Shown one piece after another: positions 24,696 through 38,538 of a stretch of 64,000 nucleotides of DNA. The stretch is from the NCBI RefSeq assembly GCF_016903815.1, contig NZ_CP069973.1; one strand, written 5' to 3'. This DNA comes from Escherichia coli (GTDB lineage: Bacteria; Pseudomonadota; Gammaproteobacteria; Enterobacterales; Enterobacteriaceae). Under the pieces are notes generated by a model. The model ran no database searches, had not been told where the DNA came from, and was given only the letters and a program-made list of their open reading frames with translations. The translations under genes were made by a program, and so were the position numbers. The first letter of the stretch is position 1, and each line of letters begins with the position of its first letter.

Positions 24696-26024
24696 TTATG
24701 GCTCCTGATGAACAACTTCTGGCGGTGGAACGTCAACCAACCTTCTGCTTAACAACGCATTGAGTAAAATCGCGCCAAAGGTTGCTGTACCGATCCCTCC
24801 CAACGTAAAACCGCCCAGCGTGAGAGCAAAATCACCCGCGCCCAGCACTAAGGTTACTGCGACCATAATCAAATTACCGTTCTGGCTTAAATCGACACGG
24901 TTTTGTACCCAGATCCTTGCGCCTGCGACGGCAATCAGCCCGAACACAACAATTGATGCACCACCAATCACCGGTGCTGGAATGGTATGAATCAGCGCGC
25001 CAAATTTCGGCGAAAAGCCCAACAGCATGGCGATGACGGCAGCAGCAACAAACACCAGCGTCGAGTAGACTTTTGTCACGTCCATCACACCGATATTTTC
25101 AGCATAGGTGGTCACGCCGCTACCGCCGACAGAGCCGGAAAGCATCGTTGCCAGCCCATCGCCCACGAATGCCCGCCCCATATATGGATCCATATTGCGT
25201 CCGGTCATCCCGGCGACCGCCTTGAGATGACCTAAGTTTTCTGCCACCAGAATCACCGCCACGGGCGCAATCAGCATCATTGCCTGACCATTAAAAGCAG
25301 GAGTGGAAAAATGTGGCAAACCGAACCAGGCAGCATGGCTGACGAGAGTAAAATCGACGGCTTTTCCCAGCCCTAAAACGTTGGTCATCACGCCATACAG
25401 CAGACAGGCGACAATTAATCCTACGAGAATCAATAATCGCTGGATCATGCCACGGGTAAACACCGCCACCAGCCCAATACACAGCACTGTCATTACCGCC
25501 ATCCAGCTATCAAAGGCCGAAGCCGATACACTTTTCACTGCGATAGGCGCTAAGTTCAGGCCAATCGCCATCACCACCGCACCCGTCACCACTGGCGGCA
25601 TCAGTCGTTCAATCCAGCGCGTACCGATTTTCATCACCACCAGGCCAATGACGGTATAAACCAGCCCACAGGCGATAATCCCGCCCAGCGCAATGCTGAT
25701 ATTCGGGTTAATGCCCTGACCGTTAAAGCCCGTCGCGGCGATCACCACGCCGACAAAAGCCGCGCTGGAGCCGAGATAACTGGGGACGCGCCCGCCGGTA
25801 ATAAAGAAAAACAGTAACGTGCCGATCCCCGACATCAAAATGGAAAGATTGGGATCCAGCCCCATCAGAATAGGCATTAACACCGTCGCGCCAAACATCG
25901 CCACCGCGTGTTGAACGCCCATTACTGCCGTCTGAGCAAACGGCAATCGTTCATCCGGCGCGACCACGCCGCTCTCTGTAGAGGTCGATTTTAACTGCCA
26001 GTGAGAAAAACCGAACATTGCCAT
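24696..26024 (-). CDS. rutG: Pyrimidine (uracil) permease RutG
   Basis: 442-aa NCS2-family transporter beginning MAMFGFSHWQLK. Confidence 0.93.
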   Translation of the reverse strand: MAMFGFSHWQLKSTSTESGVVAPDERLPFAQTAVMGVQHAVAMFGATVLMPILMGLDPNLSILMSGIGTLLFFFITGGRVPSYLGSSAAFVGVVIAATGFNGQGINPNISIALGGIIACGLVYTVIGLVVMKIGTRWIERLMPPVVTGAVVMAIGLNLAPIAVKSVSASAFDSWMAVMTVLCIGLVAVFTRGMIQRLLILVGLIVACLLYGVMTNVLGLGKAVDFTLVSHAAWFGLPHFSTPAFNGQAMMLIAPVAVILVAENLGHLKAVAGMTGRNMDPYMGRAFVGDGLATMLSGSVGGSGVTTYAENIGVMDVTKVYSTLVFVAAAVIAMLLGFSPKFGALIHTIPAPVIGGASIVVFGLIAVAGARIWVQNRVDLSQNGNLIMVAVTLVLGAGDFALTLGGFTLGGIGTATFGAILLNALLSRRLVDVPPPEVVHQEP

Positions 26025-26044
26025 CAGCTGTCTCCTTAAGGAGG

Positions 26045-26539
26045 TTAACAAGCAGGACGCATCAACGCGTGATAACTGCGATCGAACCACACCAGCCCGT
26101 AGGGGGTGGCGTGACGATGAATCGCTTCTATGGCACAAAACAGAATGTCGTGGGTGCCGACGCTCACCACCTGGCTGATACGGCAGTCAAACGAAACCAG
26201 TGCCTCTTCCAGTTGCGGGCATCCGGTCACACCAGTCTGCCAGCGGGCGGCGGCAAAGCGGTGTTCCATGGGCGTTTTGCCGCCAAAAAGGTTTGAAAGC
26301 GGCTCCTGTCCGGCGCTAAGTGTATTTACACACAGCGTTCGATTTTCATTGAATACCGGCCAGACGGATGCCCCACGATTCAGACACACCAGTAATGTGG
26401 GCGGCGTGTCGGTCACGCTGCAGACGGCGCTGGCGGTGAACCCGGCGCGCCCGGCTGGACCGTCCGTGGTGATGATATTGACCGCCGCGCCCATGCAGGA
26501 CATCGCATCGCGAAAAGTTTGTTGATCGACAATGTTCAT
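26045..26539 (-). CDS. rutF: Flavin reductase RutF
   Basis: 164 aa beginning [25 protein letters not shown]. Confidence 0.93.
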
Positions 26540-26549
26540 AGTTTGCTCC

Positions 26550-27140
26550 TTACAACAGCCCGCAGGCTTCCTCAAAGGACAGACGTGGCAGGCGCGCATA
26601 AAGCTTGCTGCTATCGCCATAGCCGATATTAATCAGCAGATTGCTCTTCAGCGTGCTGCCCGTAAAAAAGGCGTCGTCCACGTGTTGACGGTCAAAGCCG
26701 GACATCGGGCCGGTATCCAGCCCCAGCGCCCGGCAGGCGACGATCAGATAGGCCGCCTGCATGGAACTGTTGCGAAACGCTGTTTCTTCGGCAAGTTGTG
26801 GGCTGGAGGTAAACCAACTGCGGGCATCGCCGTGAGGAAACAGCTGTGGTAACCGTTCATAAAATTCACTGTCCCAGGCGACGATCGCGGTGACGGGCGC
26901 GGTCAGGGTTTTTTGCAGATTGCCGCTGGAAAGCGCCGGGCGCAGACGTTCTTTTCCTTCTGCAGTGCGGATAAACACGATCCGTGCCGGAGAACAGTTA
27001 GCTGATGTCGGCCCCCATTTCATCAGGGCATAAATCTCCCGTAACGTCTCATCGCTGACGGGTGTCTCCCGCCAGCCGTTGTGAGTGCGGGCATCGGTGA
27101 ATAGGGTGCTAAGCGCACCAGGGCTAACGGCTTCGTTCAT
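26550..27140 (-). CDS. rutE: Malonic semialdehyde reductase RutE (nitroreductase family)
   Basis: 196 aa; rut operon context. Confidence 0.93.
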   Translation of the reverse strand: MNEAVSPGALSTLFTDARTHNGWRETPVSDETLREIYALMKWGPTSANCSPARIVFIRTAEGKERLRPALSSGNLQKTLTAPVTAIVAWDSEFYERLPQLFPHGDARSWFTSSPQLAEETAFRNSSMQAAYLIVACRALGLDTGPMSGFDRQHVDDAFFTGSTLKSNLLINIGYGDSSKLYARLPRLSFEEACGLL

Positions 27141-27949
27141 AGCAATTCCTTACAGGCGGCTTCACGGTGATGTAACAGGCTGGCAAGCCCGTTGAGTAAC
27201 AGAGCATTAAACGTTTCGGGATCGGTCACGTTGCAGGCGTGTCCGCCATAGCGCATCACCATTTTCTGGCTATCGGGCAGGGCGGCATGAAGTTCACTGG
27301 AACATGCTGATGGCACCAGCAGATCATCACTGGCGCAGATGATTTGCACCGGGCAGCGGATGCGATCCGCATGGCGACTAAAGTCAGCGCGTTTGAGGGC
27401 GTTAAGTCGACGCAGTAAATTATTTTTGCCCTGAAAATGCGCCAGTGCCAGCGCGTCTTCAGCTTCCAGGCGAGGTGCGCGGGCCGCCATCCAGTCGGCG
27501 GGATAGAGGAACAATGGCTGAGCTTCCACCCATGCCTGCGCGCCGCCGCTATGTAGTAACTTCTCGCGAACCTGAAAACAGCGGCGCGTATGGGCGTTTA
27601 TTCGTAGCCAGCCGTTAACGCTGACCAGCATAGTTACCGACGCGGGATAATCCAGCGCCAGCTGCATTCCCACCAGCGCACCGAGCGCATGGCCGACCAC
27701 CGCGTAACGCTCAATCCCTGCGGCTACCAGCGCCTGATGCAGTTCCGCTGCCATCTGGGCGATACTGTAATCTTCTGCCAGCGTGTCGGGATTATTGCCG
27801 GTGCCGCGCTGGTCGTAACAGACTATCTGATACTCCTGCTCCAGCACCGCCAGTTGCGGTAACCAGTAACTGCCGCTACCGCCAAGACCCGAAATCAACA
27901 CCACTACGGGCGCATCAGCATAAGGGGGAGGTGAGAGTGAAAGTTTCAT
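27137..27949 (-). CDS. rutD: Aminoacrylate hydrolase RutD (alpha/beta hydrolase)
   Basis: Start at [26 protein letters not shown] nucleophile-elbow-type motif. Confidence 0.92.
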   Translation of the reverse strand: MKLSLSPPPYADAPVVVLISGLGGSGSYWLPQLAVLEQEYQIVCYDQRGTGNNPDTLAEDYSIAQMAAELHQALVAAGIERYAVVGHALGALVGMQLALDYPASVTMLVSVNGWLRINAHTRRCFQVREKLLHSGGAQAWVEAQPLFLYPADWMAARAPRLEAEDALALAHFQGKNNLLRRLNALKRADFSRHADRIRCPVQIICASDDLLVPSACSSELHAALPDSQKMVMRYGGHACNVTDPETFNALLLNGLASLLHHREAACKELL

Positions 27950-27956
27950 CGCGGCC

Positions 27957-28343
27957 TCACTTGGCGATATGCGCAATTGTGGCGATTTCCACCAGCGCAT
28001 CAGGTTTTACCAGTCCGCACTGAATGCAGAATCGCGCCGGTTTGTCACCCGGGAAAAACTCGGCGTAGATTTCGTTAATCGCGGCGTAATTTTTCCAGTC
28101 GGTAATAAAGATGCTGTTGAAGGTCACATCCGCCATCGTGCCACCCGCCGTCTCGATCACCTTGCGGATGGTTTCCAGAACGTGGCGGGTTTGCGCCTTT
28201 GGGTCATCGGCAAACAGCACGTTATTATGTTGATCAAAAGCCAGCGTACCGGAGACATACACCACGCCATCAGCCAACGTGCCGGGAACGAAGGGGGCCA
28301 GCGGTGCGCTGCTGCCAGCGGGAATAATTACGGATTTTGGCAT
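27957..28343 (-). CDS. rutC: Aminoacrylate peracid reductase RutC (RidA/YjgF family)
   Basis: 128 aa beginning [37 protein letters not shown]. Confidence 0.94.
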
Positions 28344-28354
28344 CGTTAAACTCC

Positions 28355-30195
<1,841 letters not shown>

Positions 30196-30222
30196 ATCCT
30201 TTTCAGCCGCGTAATGGTTTGT

Positions 30223-30240
30223 TTGCAAAGCGGATGCCAG
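30223..30240 (-). promoter_or_regulatory. Candidate sigma-54 (-24/-12) promoter for rutA
   Basis: Reverse complement reads CTGGCATCCGCTTTGCAA, matching TGGCA-N7-TTGCA with correct GG/GC spacing, about 30 nt upstream of rutA ATG. Confidence 0.55.
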
Positions 30241-30425
30241 TTTTTAAAAAGTGAATGTTATTAATATGTTAATGTTAAGTTGTCTAAAATATCTGGAAAA
30301 AAGTGGACTAAACGGTCAAAACAGTTGCACATAAAACATGCATCCGTGCGCGATGAAAGTGCAGAAGGTCGAGCCCGGGCAGGGGTTTTGCTATCCTGTT
30401 GCCAATCTACAAGAGGGGAGAGCGC

Positions 30426-31064
30426 ATGACGCAAGGCGCAGTGAAAACAACGGGTAAACGTTCGCGCGCAGTGAGCGCGAAGAAAAAAGCGATTCTTAGC
30501 GCAGCACTGGACACTTTTTCACAATTCGGTTTTCACGGCACAAGGCTGGAGCAGATCGCAGAGTTGGCAGGCGTTTCAAAAACCAATTTGCTGTATTACT
30601 TCCCGTCAAAAGAGGCGCTGTATATAGCCGTACTGCGGCAGATTCTCGATATCTGGCTGGCACCGTTAAAAGCGTTTCGTGAAGATTTCGCCCCGCTGGC
30701 GGCGATCAAAGAGTACATCCGTCTGAAGCTGGAAGTCTCACGCGATTATCCGCAGGCTTCACGTCTGTTTTGTATGGAGATGCTGGCAGGCGCACCGCTG
30801 TTAATGGATGAACTGACGGGTGATTTGAAAGCATTAATTGATGAGAAATCGGCGCTGATTGCCGGTTGGGTCAAAAGCGGCAAACTCGCGCCGATTGATC
30901 CGCAGCATTTGATTTTTATGATTTGGGCTTCCACTCAACATTACGCCGATTTCGCCCCTCAGGTGGAGGCGGTGACAGGCGCGACGTTGCGCGATGAGGT
31001 ATTTTTCAATCAAACGGTTGAAAACGTGCAGCGGATTATTATTGAGGGGATTCGACCACGTTAA
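30426..31064 (+). CDS. rutR: TetR-family repressor RutR
   Basis: 212 aa beginning MTQGAVKTTGKRSRAVSAKKKAILSAALDTF; divergent from rutA. Confidence 0.95.
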   Translation: MTQGAVKTTGKRSRAVSAKKKAILSAALDTFSQFGFHGTRLEQIAELAGVSKTNLLYYFPSKEALYIAVLRQILDIWLAPLKAFREDFAPLAAIKEYIRLKLEVSRDYPQASRLFCMEMLAGAPLLMDELTGDLKALIDEKSALIAGWVKSGKLAPIDPQHLIFMIWASTQHYADFAPQVEAVTGATLRDEVFFNQTVENVQRIIIEGIRPR

Positions 31065-31103
31065 AGATGCCGGAGGAGGTTGTAACATCCTCCGGCTTCC
31101 TGC

Positions 31104-34100
31104 TTAACCGATCGTCATTAAACTGGCGTTACCGCCAGCGGCAGCGGTATTCACACTCAGCGAACGCTCGATATACAGCCGTTCCAGCAGGATATTGCTT
31201 TCGCCACGGGCAAAACCCTGCACCGAAACAATTGCGCCATCCCGCGCGGCAACTGCTTCACACAATGCGCGAAGCTGATCCGAATCACCGTGGAAGATCA
31301 CCGCATCAAACGGTTGAGCGGTTATATTTTCCGCTTTCGCCAGTTGAATACGTTCGCTGACTGCCGATGGCAATGCCTTCACTAACTGACGATGCAGCGC
31401 GTCATCCGGCCACAGCACCTGGCTGCCCACCGCCAGCACGGCGGCGAGCTGAGTCAGCGCATCCTGCTCATCATCCGCAATACACAACACGCGCTCGCGC
31501 GGCAGCAGCGTCCAGGTGTTGCGTTCACCCGTCGGCCCTGGCAGCAATCGTTGTGTTCCTGCCTGCGCCAGCTCGCCATATTGCGTACATAACGCCTGCA
31601 ATTCTGGACGGTTTGCCGCCCATTCCCGCAGTGCATTTAGCGGCTGAGTCAATGCGGCTTTCAACTGCACATCGACCGGATACTCTGCATCCTGACGCGC
31701 GAGCGTCACTGCCAGTGCACTTTCCGGGCGATTCGCCAGCAGACGGTAGAGATAGAGCGGACCGCCTGCTTTCGGCCCGGTACCGGACAACCCTTCGCCG
31801 CCGAATGGCTGCACACCCACCACTGCGCCCACCATATTACGGTTAACGTACAGGTTACCGACATGGGCCGAGCCAGTGACCTGGGCGATGGTTTCATCAA
31901 TGCGCGTGTGGACGCCAAGCGTCAGACCATAACCGGAAGCGTTAATCTGCTCGATCAGCTCCGGCAGCTGGTTACGGTTATAACGCACCACATGCAGCAC
32001 CGGACCAAAGACCTCTTTTTGCAATTCGGCAAAATCATCCAGTTCGATAAGCGTCGGCGCGACAAAGGTGCCGCTTTGCCATTCACGGGCATCTTCGCTG
32101 TTTTCCCGCACCGCCTGGAACACCGGACGGCCTTTGCTACGCATGGTCTGAATATGACGCTCGATATTGGCTTTCGCTTCGCTATCAATCACCGGACCGA
32201 TATCGGTGGTCAGGCGACCCGGATTACCCATCCGGCATTCGGCCATTGCGCCGCGCAGCATTTTCAACGTGTGGTCGGCAATCTCATCTTGCAGGCACAG
32301 CACGCGCAGTGCCGAACAACGCTGACCCGCACTGTCGAACGCCGAGGCCAGCACATCTATTACGACTTGTTCGGTCAGTGCTGAAGAATCGACAATCATC
32401 GCGTTCATGCCGCCGGTTTCAGCGATGAGCGGAATAGGGCGACCCTGAGCGTCGAGGCGGCTGGCGATATTGCGTTGCAGTAACGTAGCGACTTCGGTTG
32501 AACCGGTAAACATCACCCCGCGCACGCGATCATCACCCGTCAGTTGCGCGCCCACGGTTTCACCCTGACCTGGCAGCAATTGCACCACGCCTGGCGGTAC
32601 ACCCGCTTCCAGCAAAATGGCGATCCCTTGCGCGGCAATCAGCGGCGTTTGTTCTGCCGGTTTTGCCAGTACGCTGTTACCTGCCGCCAGTGCGGCAGCG
32701 ATCTGCCCGGTGAAAATAGCCAGCGGGAAGTTCCACGGACTGATACACACCACAGGCCCTAATGGACGGTGGGTTTCGTTAGCGAAATCATCCCGCACCT
32801 GTCCGGCGTAGTAGTGGAGAAAATCGACCGCTTCACGCACTTCGGCAATGGCGTTACTGAAGGTTTTTCCGGCTTCACGCACCAGAATACCAATCAGTTG
32901 CTGCATCTGGCTTTCCATCAGCACGGCAGCGCGATGCAAAATTGCCGCGCGTTCAGCCGGAGGCGTGGCAAACCAGATTGGTGCGTTATTAACCGCACTT
33001 TCCAGCGCCTGTTCTACTTCACTCGGCGTGGCTTCGCGCACATAGCCCACAATATCTTTCGGCTCTGCCGGGTTAATAACGGGCGACATCTCACCAGCCG
33101 CGACCGATTGTTCCAGCATTGGCAAGGCCTGCCATTTTTGCAGTGCACTATTGAGCAGGGCAGAAGAGAGCGATGCCAGACGGTGTTCGTTAGCGAGATC
33201 CAGCCCTGCCGAGTTGTCGCGCCCGTGACCGTAAAGATCGCGCGGCAGGGGAATTTTCGGATGTGGTAATCCAGTTTGCCCTTCCTGTTGCGCCAGTTTT
33301 TCTACAGCAGTGACCGGATCGGCAACCAGTTCATCCAGAGGCAAAGAGGTGTCAGCAATACGGTTAACAAACGAGGTGTTAGCACCGTTTTCCAGCAGGC
33401 GACGCACCAGATACGCCAGCAGCGTTTCATGGGTACCGACAGGAGCATAAATACGACACGGACGGTTAAGTTTGCCGTCGGCAACTTTCCCGGTGACCTG
33501 CTCATACAGTGGCTCGCCCATACCGTGCAGGCACTGGAACTCGTACTGACCCGGGTAGTAGTTCTGACCCGCCAGTTGATAAATTGCCGCCAGCGTATGG
33601 GCGTTATGCGTTGCGAACTGCGGGTAGATTAGATTCGGCACCGCCAGCAGCTTTTTCGCACAGGCGAGATATGAAACGTCGGTATACACCTTGCGGGTAT
33701 AAACCGGATAACCTTCAAGGCCGTCCATCTGCGCGCGCTTGATTTCACTATCCCAGTACGCGCCTTTCACCAGGCGAATCATCAGACGGCGACGGCTGCG
33801 GGTGGCGAGATCAATCAGGTAATCAATCACCAGTGGGCAGCGTTTTTGATAAGCCTGAATAACAAAACCGATGCCGTTCCAGCCTGCCAGTTCCGGCTCG
33901 AAACAGAGTTTTTCCAGCAGATCGAGGGAGATCTCCAGACGATCGGCCTCTTCGGCATCGATGTTAATACCAATATCGTACTGACGCGCCAGCAGGGTGA
34001 GTGATTTCAGACGTGGGTAAAGCTCTTCCATTACCCGGTCATACTGGGCGCGGCTGTAACGCGGATGCAGCGCCGACAGCTTGATTGAAATGCCCGGACC

Positions 34101-35066
34101 TTCATAGATGCCACGACCATTGGACGCTTTACCAATGGCGTGAATCGCCTGCTGATAGGAAACCATATACGCCTGTGCATCTGCGGCGGTCAGCGCGGCT
34201 TCGCCCAGCATATCGTAAGAGTAACGGAAACCTTTCTCTTCCAGCTTGCGGGCATTGGCTAACGCTTCCGCGATGGTTTCGCCAGTGACGAACTGCTCGC
34301 CCATCAGGCGCATCGCCATATCCACACCTTTGCGGATCAGCGGTTCACCGCTCTTACCGATAATGCGGTTCAGCGAGCGTGAGAGGCTGGCTTCGTTATG
34401 GGTGGAAACCAGTTTGCCAGTAAAAAGCAGCCCCCAGGTCGCGGCATTAACAAACAGGGACGGGCTACGACCAATGTGTGACTGCCAGTTACCGTTGCTG
34501 ATTTTGTCGCGAATTAACGCGTCGCGGGTGGCTTTGTCGGGAATACGCAACAACGCTTCTGCCAGACACATCAGCGCCACGCCTTCCTGCGATGACAGCG
34601 AAAACTCCTGCAATAACCCCTGGACCATACCTGCGCGACCACTGGCATTTTTTTGATTACGCAGTTTATCGGCCAGTTGATATGCCAGTTTATGCGCCTG
34701 TTCAGCAATCGGCTGCGGCAGGCGAGCTTGTTCCAGCAACATAGAAACCGCTTCGGTTTCCGGGCGGCGATAGGCAGCGGTGATCGCGGCGCGGGAAACC
34801 GACTGGGGCAAAATTTGCTCGGCAAAGTCGAGGAAAGGCTGGTGTGGTTCCTCTGCCGGAGTCGGTGCTTCATCGCTCTCATTGGCAGCGCCAGAGAGCA
34901 GCGCAGGTAGCTCCGGAAGAGTATCGCTGTTTTCCAGTTGTTCAAGATAAGAAAAAATCGCCTGCTTAATTAACCAGTGTGGCGTGCGATCGATACGTGT
35001 CGCGGCAGACTTAATACGCTCACGCGTCGCGTCGTCCAGCTTAACCCCCATGGTGGTGGTTCCCAT
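31104..35066 (-). CDS. putA: Bifunctional proline dehydrogenase / P5C dehydrogenase and repressor PutA
   Basis: 1320 aa beginning MGTTTMGVKLDDATRERIKSAA (ribbon-helix-helix N-terminus). Confidence 0.97.
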   Translation of the reverse strand: MGTTTMGVKLDDATRERIKSAATRIDRTPHWLIKQAIFSYLEQLENSDTLPELPALLSGAANESDEAPTPAEEPHQPFLDFAEQILPQSVSRAAITAAYRRPETEAVSMLLEQARLPQPIAEQAHKLAYQLADKLRNQKNASGRAGMVQGLLQEFSLSSQEGVALMCLAEALLRIPDKATRDALIRDKISNGNWQSHIGRSPSLFVNAATWGLLFTGKLVSTHNEASLSRSLNRIIGKSGEPLIRKGVDMAMRLMGEQFVTGETIAEALANARKLEEKGFRYSYDMLGEAALTAADAQAYMVSYQQAIHAIGKASNGRGIYEGPGISIKLSALHPRYSRAQYDRVMEELYPRLKSLTLLARQYDIGINIDAEEADRLEISLDLLEKLCFEPELAGWNGIGFVIQAYQKRCPLVIDYLIDLATRSRRRLMIRLVKGAYWDSEIKRAQMDGLEGYPVYTRKVYTDVSYLACAKKLLAVPNLIYPQFATHNAHTLAAIYQLAGQNYYPGQYEFQCLHGMGEPLYEQVTGKVADGKLNRPCRIYAPVGTHETLLAYLVRRLLENGANTSFVNRIADTSLPLDELVADPVTAVEKLAQQEGQTGLPHPKIPLPRDLYGHGRDNSAGLDLANEHRLASLSSALLNSALQKWQALPMLEQSVAAGEMSPVINPAEPKDIVGYVREATPSEVEQALESAVNNAPIWFATPPAERAAILHRAAVLMESQMQQLIGILVREAGKTFSNAIAEVREAVDFLHYYAGQVRDDFANETHRPLGPVVCISPWNFPLAIFTGQIAAALAAGNSVLAKPAEQTPLIAAQGIAILLEAGVPPGVVQLLPGQGETVGAQLTGDDRVRGVMFTGSTEVATLLQRNIASRLDAQGRPIPLIAETGGMNAMIVDSSALTEQVVIDVLASAFDSAGQRCSALRVLCLQDEIADHTLKMLRGAMAECRMGNPGRLTTDIGPVIDSEAKANIERHIQTMRSKGRPVFQAVRENSEDAREWQSGTFVAPTLIELDDFAELQKEVFGPVLHVVRYNRNQLPELIEQINASGYGLTLGVHTRIDETIAQVTGSAHVGNLYVNRNMVGAVVGVQPFGGEGLSGTGPKAGGPLYLYRLLANRPESALAVTLARQDAEYPVDVQLKAALTQPLNALREWAANRPELQALCTQYGELAQAGTQRLLPGPTGERNTWTLLPRERVLCIADDEQDALTQLAAVLAVGSQVLWPDDALHRQLVKALPSAVSERIQLAKAENITAQPFDAVIFHGDSDQLRALCEAVAARDGAIVSVQGFARGESNILLERLYIERSLSVNTAAAGGNASLMTIG

Positions 35067-35089
35067 GCCATTACTCCTGTTGTTCTGAA

Positions 35090-35310
35090 AGGTGCAACTT
35101 AACGTTATCGTGAAATATCCATGATGTTGCAACTTTGTGCAACCATGTTAAATGTGACCTGCGTAGCAAGCTTAAAAATGAATGAAATGTTAATAAAAGA
35201 AATCGATATGACAGGGATTAAAAAAATAACTCAGACTTTTTCTCTGCGGCAGTTAACATTTTTGAAAGGTGCAACCGCAAAAAATGTGAGAGAGTGCAAC
35301 CTGATGAAAA
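35090..35310. promoter_or_regulatory. put control region with multiple PutA operator motifs (GTTGCA / TGCAAC)
   Basis: At least five TGCAAC/GTTGCA copies between divergent putA and putP. Confidence 0.7.
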
Positions 35311-35488
35311 ATAGTGTCGCTGAGCACTAAAATTTAATGTAAATGGTGTGTTAAATCGATTGTGAATAACCAGCGCTTCCGGCAGGATACGGTCGCCCTG
35401 GTAAAACATAAACTCTGCTACCCCGTTCCGGTGGCAGATATAACGGCAAGTTTCGACATTGCCGATAATAATTTTTTGGAGACTTTAG

Positions 35489-36997
<1,509 letters not shown>

Positions 36998-37067
36998 GGG
37001 ACTTAGCCTGCGGCGGTTTTGTTTGGCTTCAGCAGCGGGTTGCGCTCCCTTAATGTGCCTCGCCATA

Positions 37068-37105
37068 TAAATTGAATGGTGCAGGGGGCGGCCAATCGCC
37101 GCCAC
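37068..37105. repeat. GC-rich perfect inverted repeat (15-bp stem) downstream of putP, first of several hairpins
   Basis: ggtgcagggggcggc-caatc-gccgccaccccctgcacc; more hairpins at about 37216-37252. Confidence 0.6.
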
Positions 37106-37574
37106 CCCCTGCACCCCGGGCTCTGGCGAACAAAATCGCCGCTGCGCGGTACCTTCAGCTTATCCCCTTCGGCTACCGGGTCGGGCGCGAGGTAATGTCC
37201 TGTAAGACGCGCCCTCAGCCCACATCCATGTGGGCTGCCCCGGCCTTCGGGGAACGCTTCAGCGACTTTGACGCCACCAACACCCGAGCTGTTATTATGT
37301 TCCGGGCAAAAAGTTAGATTTGATAATCGCGGATGGACGAAATTGCTTGATACACCCGCTTATCAGTTTTACATGGAAGCTCTGATGCATTGAGTCTGGA
37401 CAGTTTTGTCGGCTGGATAAGGCGTTTACGCGGCATCTGGCAAGAACACATGGCTCGTTGTAAACAATCCCATCTTTGTACCTGGAATAATCGTTTATAT
37501 CCCCTGGCATTACCTCTCTTTGTTTACATTCCAACATCATTTTATAAACATTCCGCTTGTATTTTTCTTTGCCG

Positions 37575-37593
37575 TAATGATAATCGCTATCAC
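37575..37593. promoter_or_regulatory. Fur box upstream of efeU
   Basis: TAATGATAATCGCTATCAC resembles the GATAATGATAATCATTATC Fur consensus, about 60 nt upstream of efeU ATG. Confidence 0.65.
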
Positions 37594-37650
37594 TGCGATT
37601 TACTTTTCTTTGCATAGATTGACTCAGAAAAACGTTTAAGGGTGGGTGGC

Positions 37651-38481
37651 ATGTTTGTTCCATTTCTCATTATGTTGCGCGAAGGACTTGAAGCCGCGCT
37701 GATTGTCAGTTTGATCGCCAGCTATCTTAAGCGTACCCAGCGAGGCCGATGGATTGGTGTGATGTGGATTGGCGTGTTGCTTGCCGCTGCGTTGTGCCTG
37801 GGCTTGGGTATCTTCATTAACGAAACCACCGGCGAATTTCCGCAAAAAGAACAGGAACTGTTTGAAGGTATCGTGGCGGTGATCGCCGTGGTGATCCTTA
37901 CCTGGATGGTTTTCTGGATGCGCAAAGTGTCGCGCAACGTCAAAGTACAACTGGAGCAGGCAGTCGATAGCGCATTGCAGCGTGGAAATCATCATGGCTG
38001 GGCGCTGGTGATGATGGTCTTTTTTGCCGTTGCAAGGGAGGGGCTGGAGTCGGTCTTTTTCCTGCTGGCGGCGTTTCAACAAGATGTCGGGATCTGGCCG
38101 CCGCTGGGTGCAATGCTCGGTCTTGCTACAGCCGTGGTGCTCGGCTTCCTGCTCTACTGGGGCGGTATTCGCCTCAATCTTGGTGCATTTTTTAAATGGA
38201 CCAGCCTGTTTATTCTCTTCGTCGCCGCAGGGCTGGCGGCTGGTGCCATTCGCGCATTTCATGAAGCCGGATTGTGGAACCACTTTCAGGAAATCGCCTT
38301 CGATATGAGTGCGGTGCTCTCAACTCACTCGCTGTTTGGCACGCTGATGGAAGGGATTTTTGGCTATCAGGAAGCGCCAAGTGTCAGCGAAGTCGCCGTC
38401 TGGTTTATTTATCTCATCCCGGCGCTGGTGGCATTTGCTCTGCCACCACGCGCAGGGGCGACAGCGTCTCGCTCTGCGTAG
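37651..38481 (+). CDS. efeU: Ferrous iron permease EfeU (FTR1/OFeT family), intact
   Basis: Uninterrupted 276-aa ORF with two REGLE motifs (MLREGLEAAL, AREGLESVFF). Confidence 0.93.
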   Translation: MFVPFLIMLREGLEAALIVSLIASYLKRTQRGRWIGVMWIGVLLAAALCLGLGIFINETTGEFPQKEQELFEGIVAVIAVVILTWMVFWMRKVSRNVKVQLEQAVDSALQRGNHHGWALVMMVFFAVAREGLESVFFLLAAFQQDVGIWPPLGAMLGLATAVVLGFLLYWGGIRLNLGAFFKWTSLFILFVAAGLAAGAIRAFHEAGLWNHFQEIAFDMSAVLSTHSLFGTLMEGIFGYQEAPSVSEVAVWFIYLIPALVAFALPPRAGATASRSA

Positions 38482-38538
38482 CAAATACGACGCAAACTCT
38501 TGCTTAGTTACAACATACTTTAAAGGGATAGTCTCGTC

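Noticed and set aside
37295-37663. 122-aa minus-strand ORF in the efeU upstream region
   Set aside because: Overlaps the Fur box and efeU promoter region, has no RBS and a composition-driven sequence; more likely non-coding regulatory DNA.
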